64,000 nucleotides of DNA from Oligoflexales bacterium (GCA_045105515.1 JBGCDR010000060.1:32001-96000); one strand, 5' to 3'. Shown: positions 1 to 9,439, counted from the first letter of the stretch. The notes: generated from the sequence alone by a model not told the origin. Translations and numbers: made by a program.

Positions 1-194
1 CAATCCTTGACCTCATTAGCGCCGAAATGCTAGCTAAATATCGCCGATATGTCTTGGTGGGAATTTTATTTGTAGGTGCAATTTTAACCCCTCCTGACCC
101 ACTATCACAGATCGGAATGGCTGTGCCTCTGTACTTAATGTATGAGTTTTCAATTATTATAATAAGGTTGATAAAAAGAAAGCGTAAGACTTGA
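1..194 (+). CDS. tatC: Twin-arginine translocase subunit TatC, C-terminal part (5'-truncated)
   Basis: Frame 3 reads ...KYRRYVLVGILFVGAILTPPDPLSQIGMAVPLYLMYEFSI...KRKT*. The RRY, LTPPD..SQ and PLY.LYE motifs are typical of TatC. TGA at 192-194. Confidence 0.92.
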   Translation, partial: ILDLISAEMLAKYRRYVLVGILFVGAILTPPDPLSQIGMAVPLYLMYEFSIIIIRLIKRKRKT

Positions 195-1003
195 AAACAT
201 TCCTAAGCATTTTAATAGCTATAATATTGCTCCCTATAGCTGCACAAGCTAAACAACAAGAAGGCCAAAAGCAGTATAAGAACTCTTTCTGGAGCGTTGG
301 GCTGATAGGTGAGCGACTCTCATATAAAGCTGGCACAGGATATGAACTTCTCGGAAATAGTGGATTGTTATCTGTAGGTTATGGTCACATGCAAAGCCGC
401 TGGTTTATTATAGGTAGTGCTGATGTAATAACTGGACCTTTTAACCCCAACCAAAGTGATAATATTGAGATGGACTACCAGGGGACAGGGGTTAACGCCT
501 GGTGGGGTTACAGCGCCCAAGTTCTAGATCTTAGACATCCTGCAGGTGGCTACGGATTTACACTTGGCATCAATTATGTGGATATTGCAGGTAGAAATGT
601 CTATGAACAAGACGACCCCCTCATACCTTCTTACTACTCACAGGTTGGCCTTAACTACAATAATAGCGTGCGTGTCACCTATGCAGCTCTATCTCCTGGC
701 ATTTTTTTTTGTTGGATGAAACCTTCAAGAACCTATGGTTCCTCAGTTGAACAATTGAAAACTCGAATCGAAGGCTACTTGCTGACAATAGCATTTAAAA
801 TGCCTATCTTTGCCAACTATCAGTCTTCACACTATCTATGGAATTTAAAAGACGAAGCCAGCAGCCTCGAAGGCTATGATCCCAATGGCGACCAAGATCT
901 TTATATACCTGCTGAAGAGTGGGAAAACGAAAAAATTAGTCAGAGTGGTAAACTTAAGGGATTTACCATATTGGTCTCGCTTCAAGCTCTGCTGGGAACA
1001 TAG
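191..1003 (+). CDS. Secreted hypothetical protein, possible outer-membrane beta-barrel
   Basis: 270-aa ORF overlapping the tatC stop; signal peptide (AQA); Gly/aromatic alternating beta-strand pattern. Confidence 0.55.
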   Translation: MKTFLSILIAIILLPIAAQAKQQEGQKQYKNSFWSVGLIGERLSYKAGTGYELLGNSGLLSVGYGHMQSRWFIIGSADVITGPFNPNQSDNIEMDYQGTGVNAWWGYSAQVLDLRHPAGGYGFTLGINYVDIAGRNVYEQDDPLIPSYYSQVGLNYNNSVRVTYAALSPGIFFCWMKPSRTYGSSVEQLKTRIEGYLLTIAFKMPIFANYQSSHYLWNLKDEASSLEGYDPNGDQDLYIPAEEWENEKISQSGKLKGFTILVSLQALLGT

Positions 1004-1014
1004 GCATGCCCTTA

Positions 1015-2205
1015 TCAAGAGGACCAGTAAAAATAACCTTGATTGATCAGATCTAGAAAAAAATTCTGGCTTGTCGGTTCCCTCTGAATCACTTTCAAGA
1101 TCTGTTTTCCATTTAAATCATAAGATCTGCTAATTAAAAGTACTAAATCTAGGAAATTTAGCGGACAAATTATTTCAACACCGTTGACAAAAAATAAGAG
1201 TTCTTGCTTATTTCGAATAAAGTTTATACGGCAAGACTCTTCCCTCATTAAATTAGTACAGCTACTCAAAAGTTGTGCACACTGTTCCCAAGAAAATGAC
1301 TGCTCAGGTGCTATGGCTTGGTATCCAGCAGCATGGTGACCTTTTGGAGAAGAAAGAAGCACCCCTAACCAATGTGGCATGCCCTGTCGCGAGCTACTCA
1401 GTTTTTTGAGCAATAGATCGACTTTCTCAAGTGTTTTAGGCGAGATTTCTGCTGGATGGTCAACTTGACTTAGGTCAGCGTCACCCAAACGTTCTTCATC
1501 ATCTAGCAAGCTTAAACAATCTTCAAGATGACTCTTTAGAAGCTCTTTGTATGCAGGAGCATGAAAACCTATGGAAAAAGTCATTCCTGCATCTATAGTC
1601 ACCCCATGATGGGCATGCCTAGGTGGCAGATAAAGAAGATCCCCCGGACCCAAAATAAATTCTTGATCTGGATTAAAAGTTTCAAGTTGTCTCAATTCAA
1701 TTCCATCGATATGAGCATCTTCTCCCTTCTTGCGTGCTTTGCTTTCAATACTCCAGCGTTTTTTGCCAGTGACCTGCAACAAAAACACATCATAATGATC
1801 AAGATGAGCCCCAACGCTCCCACCTTCGGGACTATAACTAACCATAATATCATCAAAACGCCAATCTGGAACAAACCTAAAAAAGGATTTTAATTCCGAT
1901 AGTTCGGAAACCCATTTATCAACATCTTGTACCAGAAGTGTCCATTTTATTGCAGGTAAGGAAGTCAAAGTAGCCTCGTCGAAAGGGCCAGATTTTAATT
2001 CCCAAGGAATTTTACCATTTTCTATAACTAAACGAGACTCAACTCCATCTTCGCAAGATAAACCTGCTAGTTCATTCTCCGAAAAAGGAGAAGAAAATTT
2101 TTTTACTCCATCCCTTATAAAAAGGGGTTTTTTTTGCCAAAATTCTCGCAAAAAATCTTTTATTTCCATCCCCAACTCTAACACAAGTGAACTCCCTTTA
2201 ATCAA
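1015..2205 (-). CDS. roxA: JmjC/cupin 2OG oxygenase, RoxA/YcfD (ribosomal protein uL16 hydroxylase) family
   Basis: FL.E.WQKKPL, WTLLVQ.VD, PDWRFDDIMVSY, GAHLDHYDVFLLQ (HxD) and LYLPP..AHHG motifs. Probable ATG start at 2169. Confidence 0.85.
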   Translation of the reverse strand: MIKGSSLVLELGMEIKDFLREFWQKKPLFIRDGVKKFSSPFSENELAGLSCEDGVESRLVIENGKIPWELKSGPFDEATLTSLPAIKWTLLVQDVDKWVSELSELKSFFRFVPDWRFDDIMVSYSPEGGSVGAHLDHYDVFLLQVTGKKRWSIESKARKKGEDAHIDGIELRQLETFNPDQEFILGPGDLLYLPPRHAHHGVTIDAGMTFSIGFHAPAYKELLKSHLEDCLSLLDDEERLGDADLSQVDHPAEISPKTLEKVDLLLKKLSSSRQGMPHWLGVLLSSPKGHHAAGYQAIAPEQSFSWEQCAQLLSSCTNLMREESCRINFIRNKQELLFFVNGVEIICPLNFLDLVLLISRSYDLNGKQILKVIQREPTSQNFFLDLINQGYFYWSS

Positions 2206-2365
2206 TTGCTGCGACAGTGTATTGCTACCATAGTAATTCCTGGATTTGTACCATTAAACATAGCAAATTTAGCCTCTCATTAAATTCCACTAGTAACCGT
2301 AGATTAGAAGCATTATCCTAACTTAAAAATCCAGATCAGTTCACTTAACCAAGGACGGCTAAAAT

Positions 2366-3160
2366 ATGAACTACATCAAATCCTCAAATATTGTAACTCT
2401 TTTACTTTTCACATTACTTTCGAGCCAGATTTTTGCTCATGATTTGTCTCGTGAAGAATTTATAGATTCAACAATCGGTCGCTACGCTCATTATGATATC
2501 GTGGCTTACAATCAAAAAGTCGGGCCGAAGACAATGAAAACCCTAATCGTTACCTATGGGTTTACTGATCTTAAAACAGAGGGTGACCAGTTGATTGCAA
2601 CCGAAAGTTTCTGCCATTCAGAGCAACTTAGCAGTGAGCCATTTATTACAACTATACCAGATGCTATGACCACAAATATCGTACCTAAATCAACCCCTGT
2701 CAGCATAAGTAAACAGAACGGAAAGTGGGGATTCTATAGACCTGAAACTCCAACACCTATTGGTGTAAAATTTGATGATTGGATAAATGAACCATTTCCC
2801 CAAGACGCCAAAGACCCAAGACTCAGTGATGATGATGGAGATGGCAAACCAGGAGTTACCATCAAAATCAGAGCTTATTGGTTGTTCCCTGTAGAGATCT
2901 ATATTGCAAGAAGAGAAATTTTTGCCTATCACGTTTTACTAGCAGAGAATGGCAATCTAACTGGCCATGTCCGTGACCGTTCAGAACAATTAATCATTGG
3001 TTCATCTCCAGAATTTTTAAAAATTCCAAACACTCCATTTGTACAGGATAAAGATCCAAATAGGTCTCCTATCATTCTAGTTCCTGTTTCAGAAGACTAT
3101 GATTGTAATCGTCTAATGAAAGAGCGCAGAAAGCTTTTTCCAAAAAATCCAAAACCATAA
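2366..3160 (+). CDS. Secreted hypothetical protein
   Basis: 264-aa ORF with AAGGA SD and signal peptide; DDDGDGKPG Ca-binding-like motif. Confidence 0.7.
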   Translation: MNYIKSSNIVTLLLFTLLSSQIFAHDLSREEFIDSTIGRYAHYDIVAYNQKVGPKTMKTLIVTYGFTDLKTEGDQLIATESFCHSEQLSSEPFITTIPDAMTTNIVPKSTPVSISKQNGKWGFYRPETPTPIGVKFDDWINEPFPQDAKDPRLSDDDGDGKPGVTIKIRAYWLFPVEIYIARREIFAYHVLLAENGNLTGHVRDRSEQLIIGSSPEFLKIPNTPFVQDKDPNRSPIILVPVSEDYDCNRLMKERRKLFPKNPKP

Positions 3161-3249
3161 GGACGAGTGAAAAGCTCAATTGAACAAGGAGTGCCATCAA
3201 ATAAAAGAAGATAAACACCTTAATTTAAAGGTTTATATTTATTCTTAAC

Positions 3250-3276
3250 TAAACTTCTTGTTCATCTCTCCGAAGC
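3250..3276 (+). promoter_or_regulatory. Putative sigma-28 (FliA) promoter
   Basis: TAAA-N15-TCCGAAGC about 35 nt upstream of the PAS kinase. Confidence 0.5.
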
Positions 3277-3310
3277 ACACCTTGGACCGAGGATTCTTCG
3301 AGAGCATGGT

Positions 3311-4438
3311 ATGAGTAAAAACCCGCAAGAAAAAACTGACGAGCTGCAACTCACAAGCGCCCTTGCACAAGGTCTCACTGGAAACATATTTGAAAATATC
3401 GTTCGTCACTTCCCTGACATCATTCATTCAGTAGATGAAAATGGTAGGCTAGTTTCAGTTAACCTCAAAGCGGTAGAGTTACTTGAATATACCGAAGAAG
3501 AATTAATCGGGAAAAGCGTTTTCGAAATATATGCCGATGAAGTGGTTCATAAAGTAAAAATTGGCTTTAAGCAGTTAAAGCAAGAAGGAATTATGGATCA
3601 CATTGAGAGTAAACTAAAATCCAAATCAGGCAAAGTTATCGATGTGGAAATGCGATCATTATCTCTTTATTCGGAAGATGGTAAGTTTATAAAAACTTTC
3701 AGTATTATCCGTGATATACGAGCACTGAATAATATGAAATCCCAGCTCATACAACAAAGCAAACTCGCAGCTATTGGAGAACTAGCTAGTGGCATTATGC
3801 ATGATATTAGGAATCCTTTGTCAGTTATAACATCATGCAACGACTACCTTCTAGATCAAGCAATAAAAAACGATGATAAGAAACTCATGGAAAAATGTCG
3901 ACAGAAGATGACAAGAGCCTCAGGTAAAATCCAAAAACTTACCGACCACCTCCGTAGTTTTTCTCGATTAGATCAGGAAAAAAAGGAGACCATAGATTTA
4001 AGAGCTCTGATGGATGACTGTTTGTTAATGGTTGAAAACCGTGTAAAAGAATCTGGAGCAACAATTACTTGCTCTGACATTGATGAAAATACAAAAATTC
4101 TCGGACGTGAAAATCAGTTAGAGCAGGTTATCATAAATCTATTGTCAAATGCTTGTGATGCGATAAAGGAAAATAAAAACAAGTCAATAGATGTAAAATT
4201 TTCCGAAAGAGGTGCTTATTCTCAGATATCTATCAAAGATTATGGTGAAGGTATAAAGGAAGAGAACTTAGAGCATATATTTGATGCTTTTTTTACAACT
4301 AAGCCGAAGGGGCTGGGAACAGGTCTTGGGCTTTCCATTAGCTATGCAATAATTCAAGATCATGGTGGAGAACTTTGCGTAGAATCAAGCTTGGGAGAGG
4401 GTGCTGAATTCATCATCAAAATTCCTCGTATCGAGTAG
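3311..4438 (+). CDS. Cytoplasmic PAS-domain sensor histidine kinase (NtrB-like)
   Basis: PAS region, H-box MHDIRNPL, N-box NLLSNA, D.G.G, FFTTK and GTGLGL. Confidence 0.92.
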   Translation: MSKNPQEKTDELQLTSALAQGLTGNIFENIVRHFPDIIHSVDENGRLVSVNLKAVELLEYTEEELIGKSVFEIYADEVVHKVKIGFKQLKQEGIMDHIESKLKSKSGKVIDVEMRSLSLYSEDGKFIKTFSIIRDIRALNNMKSQLIQQSKLAAIGELASGIMHDIRNPLSVITSCNDYLLDQAIKNDDKKLMEKCRQKMTRASGKIQKLTDHLRSFSRLDQEKKETIDLRALMDDCLLMVENRVKESGATITCSDIDENTKILGRENQLEQVIINLLSNACDAIKENKNKSIDVKFSERGAYSQISIKDYGEGIKEENLEHIFDAFFTTKPKGLGTGLGLSISYAIIQDHGGELCVESSLGEGAEFIIKIPRIE

Positions 4439-4466
4439 GGCTTGAACCTGATCCAGTCTTTAAAGA

Positions 4467-5504
4467 TTAGCTATAGTGATCTATAATCATCCCTGCAAGC
4501 AACAAACCAAACCCCCAAAGACTAAATTTATAAGCATCCTCATCGTGCTTCAAATATAAGATAAGATTCTTATTCCGACCCGAGTGGAAAATTCCGAGCA
4601 CAAGACCTGCAAGCCCACCGATTCCATGTATAGTATTGGCAACTGGCATACCAATTAAAGTTAAAACTAAACACAAACAGTACCAAAAGATAAAAAACTT
4701 TGAAGCCTGCCCATCAAGATTCCTATGCTTAGAAGAGAATCGCTCCATTGTCCAGATATAAGCTAACAAACCATAGTTTACTCCAGACATTCCTATAAAC
4801 CTAGGTCCCACAACAAGATAGAAAACCACGTGAGAGCTAATACTAATCACCAGCAACAATGAGAGTAGGCGCTTCGAAGAAAAATGACCTTCTACTTGTT
4901 TTGCAAACTGATAGAACCAAAGCATATTGAATATGATATGAAACCAATCTCCGTGCATAAGGGCTGGGGTGAACAAGCGCCAAATTTGGCCATTCAAAAT
5001 TTCAGCAAAGTTTTTAACTCCAGTCAGATGGTTTAATGGATCCCTTGAAAAGCTAAGATATGGTTCCAAGATGTTTTGACTTAAAAAAACTACCGTACAG
5101 ATCACGATAATGGCAAAAGTCACCGGGAAGTTCGTAAAAAACGATTCACTACTAGCCCGACGAGCCCGCTTTCGTTCCTTCTCTGCTTTCAGGCTCGCAA
5201 CTTTATGCTCCTTTGCAGCTTTTGCCGATGTTTCTTTGTATAGAGAGCCCTCAGGGTTTTTTTTAAACTCTTGTAACAGCTCGATTGCTTGATCTTTTTG
5301 TCCATCTTGAACAAGCCACACGGTAACACTGTTTGAATCCTCTTCATCCAGCCACGCCTCAATACCCTGGCTTTCCAGATACCAGCGAAAACACTTTGCA
5401 TCTTCATGATTTTCTAAGTCGCCAAGCTTCCGCAAGAAGTATGCTCCCTTCAATAAAGTCATGTACTGGCTAATTTTAGCCCAATGACAGAAAATCCCCC
5501 ACAT
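4467..5504 (-). CDS. glpG: Rhomboid intramembrane serine protease with GlpG N-terminal domain
   Basis: WRLFTP.LMH..W.HI.FN, GMSG catalytic Ser and ANTIHG His. True start is probably downstream of 5504. Confidence 0.88.
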   Translation of the reverse strand: MWGIFCHWAKISQYMTLLKGAYFLRKLGDLENHEDAKCFRWYLESQGIEAWLDEEDSNSVTVWLVQDGQKDQAIELLQEFKKNPEGSLYKETSAKAAKEHKVASLKAEKERKRARRASSESFFTNFPVTFAIIVICTVVFLSQNILEPYLSFSRDPLNHLTGVKNFAEILNGQIWRLFTPALMHGDWFHIIFNMLWFYQFAKQVEGHFSSKRLLSLLLVISISSHVVFYLVVGPRFIGMSGVNYGLLAYIWTMERFSSKHRNLDGQASKFFIFWYCLCLVLTLIGMPVANTIHGIGGLAGLVLGIFHSGRNKNLILYLKHDEDAYKFSLWGFGLLLAGMIIDHYS

Positions 5505-5574
5505 TTATTGTAGGAGAACTTTTTCTAAGCAAAAATAACAAGGAATATATAAGGTTAAAAGATAGAAGTATTTA

Positions 5575-5853
5575 TTAGTTGCGTGAACCGAAGTTGCCGC
5601 GTTGGGGGCGATCTTGTGCTTCATTCACACGGATGCTACGGCCATCTAAATCAGTGCCATCCATAGCAGAAATTGCGCTCATAGCTGCTTCATCATCGTC
5701 GAAAGTTACAAAACCAAAGCCTCGTGACCTTCCTGTTTCTCGGTCTAAGATTACTCTGGCATCACTAACAGCACCAAATCTTTCAAAAGACTGGCGCAAT
5801 AAAGTATCATCAGTGTTCCAGCTTAACCCGCCTACAAATAATTTCTTTGACAT
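5575..5853 (-). CDS. RRM (RNP-1) RNA-binding protein, cold-inducible Rbp type
   Basis: KLFVGGLSW (RNP-2) and RGFGFVTF (RNP-1); GGAG SD before ATG 5853. Confidence 0.95.
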   Translation of the reverse strand: MSKKLFVGGLSWNTDDTLLRQSFERFGAVSDARVILDRETGRSRGFGFVTFDDDEAAMSAISAMDGTDLDGRSIRVNEAQDRPQRGNFGSRN

Positions 5854-6141
5854 AACTCGAAACTCCAAAAAATCTAAACAGTTTTCCTTAGACTCGCAAG
5901 AAAAACTAGGTAAAAACCCTATAACTTAAATTCCAAAAATAGACAATCATTCTTTGTCTTTAGAAACGCTTATCATTCACTTCTCAGGAGTAAAAGTTTA
6001 GCAAAGGAAGCACAATAATTCGAAAAGAATGCAGAATCAGTATTATTCCTTTTCTTGGCAGGTTCCAGAGAGGCAGTTTAAAATCTTTTAACGCCATTCA
6101 AATCCAAGATTTGATCAAAAAAGCTTAAGCTAAAGAATGAG

Positions 6142-6255
6142 GAGCTCCACAGTAAGCACGCTAGGTGAAAGCCGAACGAAACTCTCAGAAAAAGGTTTAT
6201 AAATCCGTCTACCTTTGGGATCTCAATGCTACCTTGTTTTCACAGTGGAGGGCTC
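6142..6255. ncRNA. Candidate structured RNA element of unknown family
   Basis: Closing stem CTCCAC/GTGGAG extended by GAG/CTC; inner GGT-GAAA-GCC tetraloop hairpin; TCTCA/TGGGA and AAAGGT/ACCTTT stems. Confidence 0.35.
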
Positions 6256-6269
6256 GAAATGTTCTATCT

Positions 6270-6316
6270 AAAAAAAAATAAAACCCGCGAGGCAATCATA
6301 CCTCTGCGGGTTATTT
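6270..6316 (-). terminator. Rho-independent terminator
   Basis: Minus strand AACCCGC-A-GAGG loop CCTC-GCGGGTT followed by TTATTTTTTTTT. Confidence 0.8.
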
Positions 6317-6418
6317 AGGGGGAGCAAAACTCATGCCTCTAAAGTTTAGCTAAGCAGGCAAAGCTTAGCCAAAAAACTGTCTTGAACCTTGAGAACAAAT
6401 CACTTTCATGCTCTCTTA
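6270..6418 (-). ncRNA. Candidate ~150-nt sRNA (sigma-28 promoter to intrinsic terminator)
   Basis: Promoter motif at 6425-6452, hairpin GCTAAGC/GCTTAGC (6349-6369), CUCCCCCU tract and terminator. The only ORF is 14 codons long. Confidence 0.5.
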
Positions 6419-6424
6419 ATAATC

Positions 6425-6452
6425 TATTCGGGTTTTTACATGGGAATCTTTA
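6425..6452 (-). promoter_or_regulatory. Putative sigma-28 promoter
   Basis: TAAAGATT..., i.e. TAAA-N16-CCCGAATA on the minus strand. Confidence 0.5.
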
Positions 6453-6650
6453 GCCCAATCTATAGGCATTAATTCTATATATAGAATAATCATTATATTT
6501 TAAATAGATATGGAAATTTTAATATCAAAAAACTTACATTTTTGAGCTTTCTTAAATCAATGATCGGTCCGATCTTAAAAATGCGAGGAATTATGACGAT
6601 TCTGCTAAAATAGTAAAAGCTAAGTATTATGTGCCACCAAGGATATTTCC

Positions 6651-8045
6651 ATGCCGGAATTTGACAATACTATTCTACCCTTATTAGCATCTCCAAAAAC
6701 TGGGGGAGACCTTAAATTAGAGGGCTCCCAACTCACTAGCAACGACAAGGCAGATGCATACCCTTTTTGTAATAACATTCCATGGCTTTTCCTCAACCCT
6801 GCACATTCTTGGACGGAATGGGGAGCCAGAATTTCACAGTCTTTCAAAAGCATTGAAACTGAAATTGGTGAACTAACGCAAAGCATAGCTGACAAGAAAG
6901 TCATAAGCAGTACAAAGAACCGCCTCAAAAAAGTTCTCCAAGGAAAAAATGAGCAACTAAAAAGTCTTAAAAATCTGCTCAAACCAATTCTTAGCTCATC
7001 TCCACTTCAAGATGTAAATCTTGCGAATGCTTTTTGGGGAAAGTTCCCTGTTCAACAACAGCTTCTTAGCTATGAGCGCAATATTTTTAGAGACTGGGCT
7101 TGGGATGCTGAGGAAAATGAAAAAACCCTACAACTTTTAAATAAGGTTTGGGAAAACAAAAAACAGGATCTAGGTAAAACCCTTTTTATTGGTGCTGGTA
7201 GCTGCCGCTTTCCGATTGATTTACACCGCTTACTTAAACCTGAGCTGAGTATAGCATGTGATTTGAACCCTTATCTCTTGCTTGTGGCTGAAAAAATACT
7301 TGCAAGGCAGGAAAGCAAATTCTTTGAATTTCCCCATCCAGCTGTGGATATTGACCAAGTCTGTGTAAAGCACACTCTCACGGATCAGGGACCACCTTTG
7401 GATAACTTTCATTTGGTATTTTGCGATATACTAAAACACCCATTTAAACCAGCTCAATTCGACACCATCATAACTCCTTGGTTCATAGATATTGTTCAAG
7501 TTGATTTTAAAATACTGGCAAAGATAATTAATCAGCTATTAAGACCAGGCGGCAATTGGCTTAATCTTAGTCCTTTATTGTTTGACCATTGCTCATCTCA
7601 AACCCGCTATACTCTTGAGGAAGTGAAACATATCTCTATGAAATCAGGATTGCAAATTGAATTCCAAGAGTTCGCAGATCTTCCTTATCTCAATTCTCCT
7701 CATAGCAGCCATAGACGAAATGAAAGAGTCTATGCTTGGCAGGCAACTAAAGATAAAGAGAGTCCCTTACTTGAAATCAAGAGCCAAAGCCATCTACCTT
7801 CATGGCTATTAAATCCAGAAGAGCCAATTCCATCTTTGGACTTTTTCAATGCCTTCAAAGGAACTCATCAGACCTATTTTGAAACAGTCTCTATGGTAGA
7901 TGGCAAAACTTCTTTAGCGGCTGTAGCAAAAAAACTGGCTAATAACCACAAAATGCCTGTAGAAACAATGCAAGCTTCAGTCTACCGATTTTTTCATACA
8001 ATTTTTGAACAACACAAAGACAGCATGTTCAGAGGCTTAAGTTAG
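6651..8045 (+). CDS. SAM-dependent methyltransferase, N2227/carnosine N-methyltransferase-like, with Trm112-like N-terminus
   Basis: LLASP.T...L and YP..N.IP.L (Trm112-like); RDW, GAGSCRF, FDTIITPWFID and L.PGG.W.N..PL motifs. Confidence 0.75.
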   Translation: MPEFDNTILPLLASPKTGGDLKLEGSQLTSNDKADAYPFCNNIPWLFLNPAHSWTEWGARISQSFKSIETEIGELTQSIADKKVISSTKNRLKKVLQGKNEQLKSLKNLLKPILSSSPLQDVNLANAFWGKFPVQQQLLSYERNIFRDWAWDAEENEKTLQLLNKVWENKKQDLGKTLFIGAGSCRFPIDLHRLLKPELSIACDLNPYLLLVAEKILARQESKFFEFPHPAVDIDQVCVKHTLTDQGPPLDNFHLVFCDILKHPFKPAQFDTIITPWFIDIVQVDFKILAKIINQLLRPGGNWLNLSPLLFDHCSSQTRYTLEEVKHISMKSGLQIEFQEFADLPYLNSPHSSHRRNERVYAWQATKDKESPLLEIKSQSHLPSWLLNPEEPIPSLDFFNAFKGTHQTYFETVSMVDGKTSLAAVAKKLANNHKMPVETMQASVYRFFHTIFEQHKDSMFRGLS

Positions 8046-8062
8046 TCGTTTGGAGCAAGAAA

Positions 8063-8884
8063 TTACAAGGAATGTAGCAGAATTTTCAAAATCTCAAGCT
8101 TAGATTTTAACCAGTGAGTCAGTGCATTACTAAGCTTAGGGTTTAGCAACAGAACGATAATAACGATGCATAAGCTAAAAACTGCTGCTACTAAAAATCC
8201 ATAAAAAGATGTTTTCAAAACATCCATTTGCCTATCACGTTCAATGCCCCCAATTAAACCACTAAGATCGGTGGCATCAGCATCATTTACTTGTGGAAAG
8301 GGATAAACGTCCAAATTGCTAATTGCTTTGCGAGGATCTGGAGGTAAGTTAGGGACATTGTTTTTTATCAGTTTTATAGCCTTGCCATAATGTTCCTCGA
8401 CAAAATCTCTCGAGTGGCCCATAACTTGGGCGATCTCGCTAAAAGTAAACTTAATACGCAGGTGAAGGATCACAATCTCCCTACCATGACCTTCGCATGT
8501 GGAAATAGCCTGGTTCAAATGGCTGTATGCCTTAGCCCTCTTGAGGGCCTTACGGTCGGATTCCGGGTTACGCAAAACATGAATTAAGGAGGGATGCTCC
8601 AACTTAGTCACATCGGCATTCCAAACCTTTATCATCAGGTTTCTCGCCTTAAGGTACAATGCTAGCCTTAACTTATTCAATTGTTGCCAAACTTCTTCAG
8701 AATTTAGCATTTGATTTAAAACCTGTTCGACCACACTGATAGAGCGATTTTGGTCTCCAGTCATCCTAATCAAAAAGTCATAGAGGTATGATTTCTCTAT
8801 GTCCAATATCTCAGGTAACTTGCTTTTTTGCCCTTGCGTATAAGATTCAAAAAGTTCATTTTGGTAGAGAATATCTAAAGCCAT
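8063..8884 (-). CDS. ECF sigma-70-like protein with C-terminal transmembrane helix
   Basis: Region-2-like LYDFL.RMTGD and LY..ARN; region-4 REIVILH....TFSEIAQVMG; hydrophobic FYGFLVAAVFSLCIVIIVLLL near the C-terminus. Confidence 0.65.
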   Translation of the reverse strand: MALDILYQNELFESYTQGQKSKLPEILDIEKSYLYDFLIRMTGDQNRSISVVEQVLNQMLNSEEVWQQLNKLRLALYLKARNLMIKVWNADVTKLEHPSLIHVLRNPESDRKALKRAKAYSHLNQAISTCEGHGREIVILHLRIKFTFSEIAQVMGHSRDFVEEHYGKAIKLIKNNVPNLPPDPRKAISNLDVYPFPQVNDADATDLSGLIGGIERDRQMDVLKTSFYGFLVAAVFSLCIVIIVLLLNPKLSNALTHWLKSKLEILKILLHSL

Positions 8885-8938
8885 GATTCATCCTATTTTC
8901 GAATAAAAACCCTCCGAGCCTTAACTTTGCTAAGCCAA

Positions 8939-9439
8939 CTAGTGCTTGCCAGCATTGCGTTTCTTCAGGTCTTTTTTCAAAGCTAAGCGAGCATCTCGAC
9001 GTTTCAAAGCAGCCTCGTAGCGCTTTTTTTCATCAGTTGTAGTTGGCTCAACAGGTGGTATAGGAGTAGGTCTACCATTGCTATCTAGTGCAACCATAGT
9101 TACATATGCGCTAGCGGTATGGTGGTATTCATTGGTGAGTGGATTCTCCGCTGAAATTCTTACTCCTATTTCACAACTGGTTTGAGAAGCGAAGTTGACT
9201 GATGCTTTTATATTGACGATCCATCCAAGGCGTATCGGTGCAAGAAAGTGCATGGCATCAATTGAAGCTGTAACAACGGACTTTAAGGTATGTCTTTGAG
9301 CACAGATTGCGGCTGCAATGTCTACCCAAGACAGGACAACACCACCAAAAATAGTTCCTAAAGCATTGGTATGCTGAGGAAGCACTAGCTCCGTCATTTC
9401 AACCAGCGAATTATTGGGTGGTTTCCCTTCTAACGCCAA
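8939..9439 (-). CDS. Acyl-CoA thioesterase (hotdog fold, YciA family)
   Basis: VLPQHTNALGTIFGG.VLSWVD, VVTASID and TS.EIGV. Confidence 0.93.
   Translation of the reverse strand: MALEGKPPNNSLVEMTELVLPQHTNALGTIFGGVVLSWVDIAAAICAQRHTLKSVVTASIDAMHFLAPIRLGWIVNIKASVNFASQTSCEIGVRISAENPLTNEYHHTASAYVTMVALDSNGRPTPIPPVEPTTTDEKKRYEAALKRRDARLALKKDLKKRNAGKH

Noticed and set aside
6170..6196. Glycine riboswitch, c-di-GMP-I riboswitch or hammerhead (CCGAA, AAACTCTCAG, GAAA loop)
   Set aside because: Lacks the GGAGA...CCGAAG...CUCAGG order, the GGCAAAC/GACGCAAA cores and the CUGANGA core.
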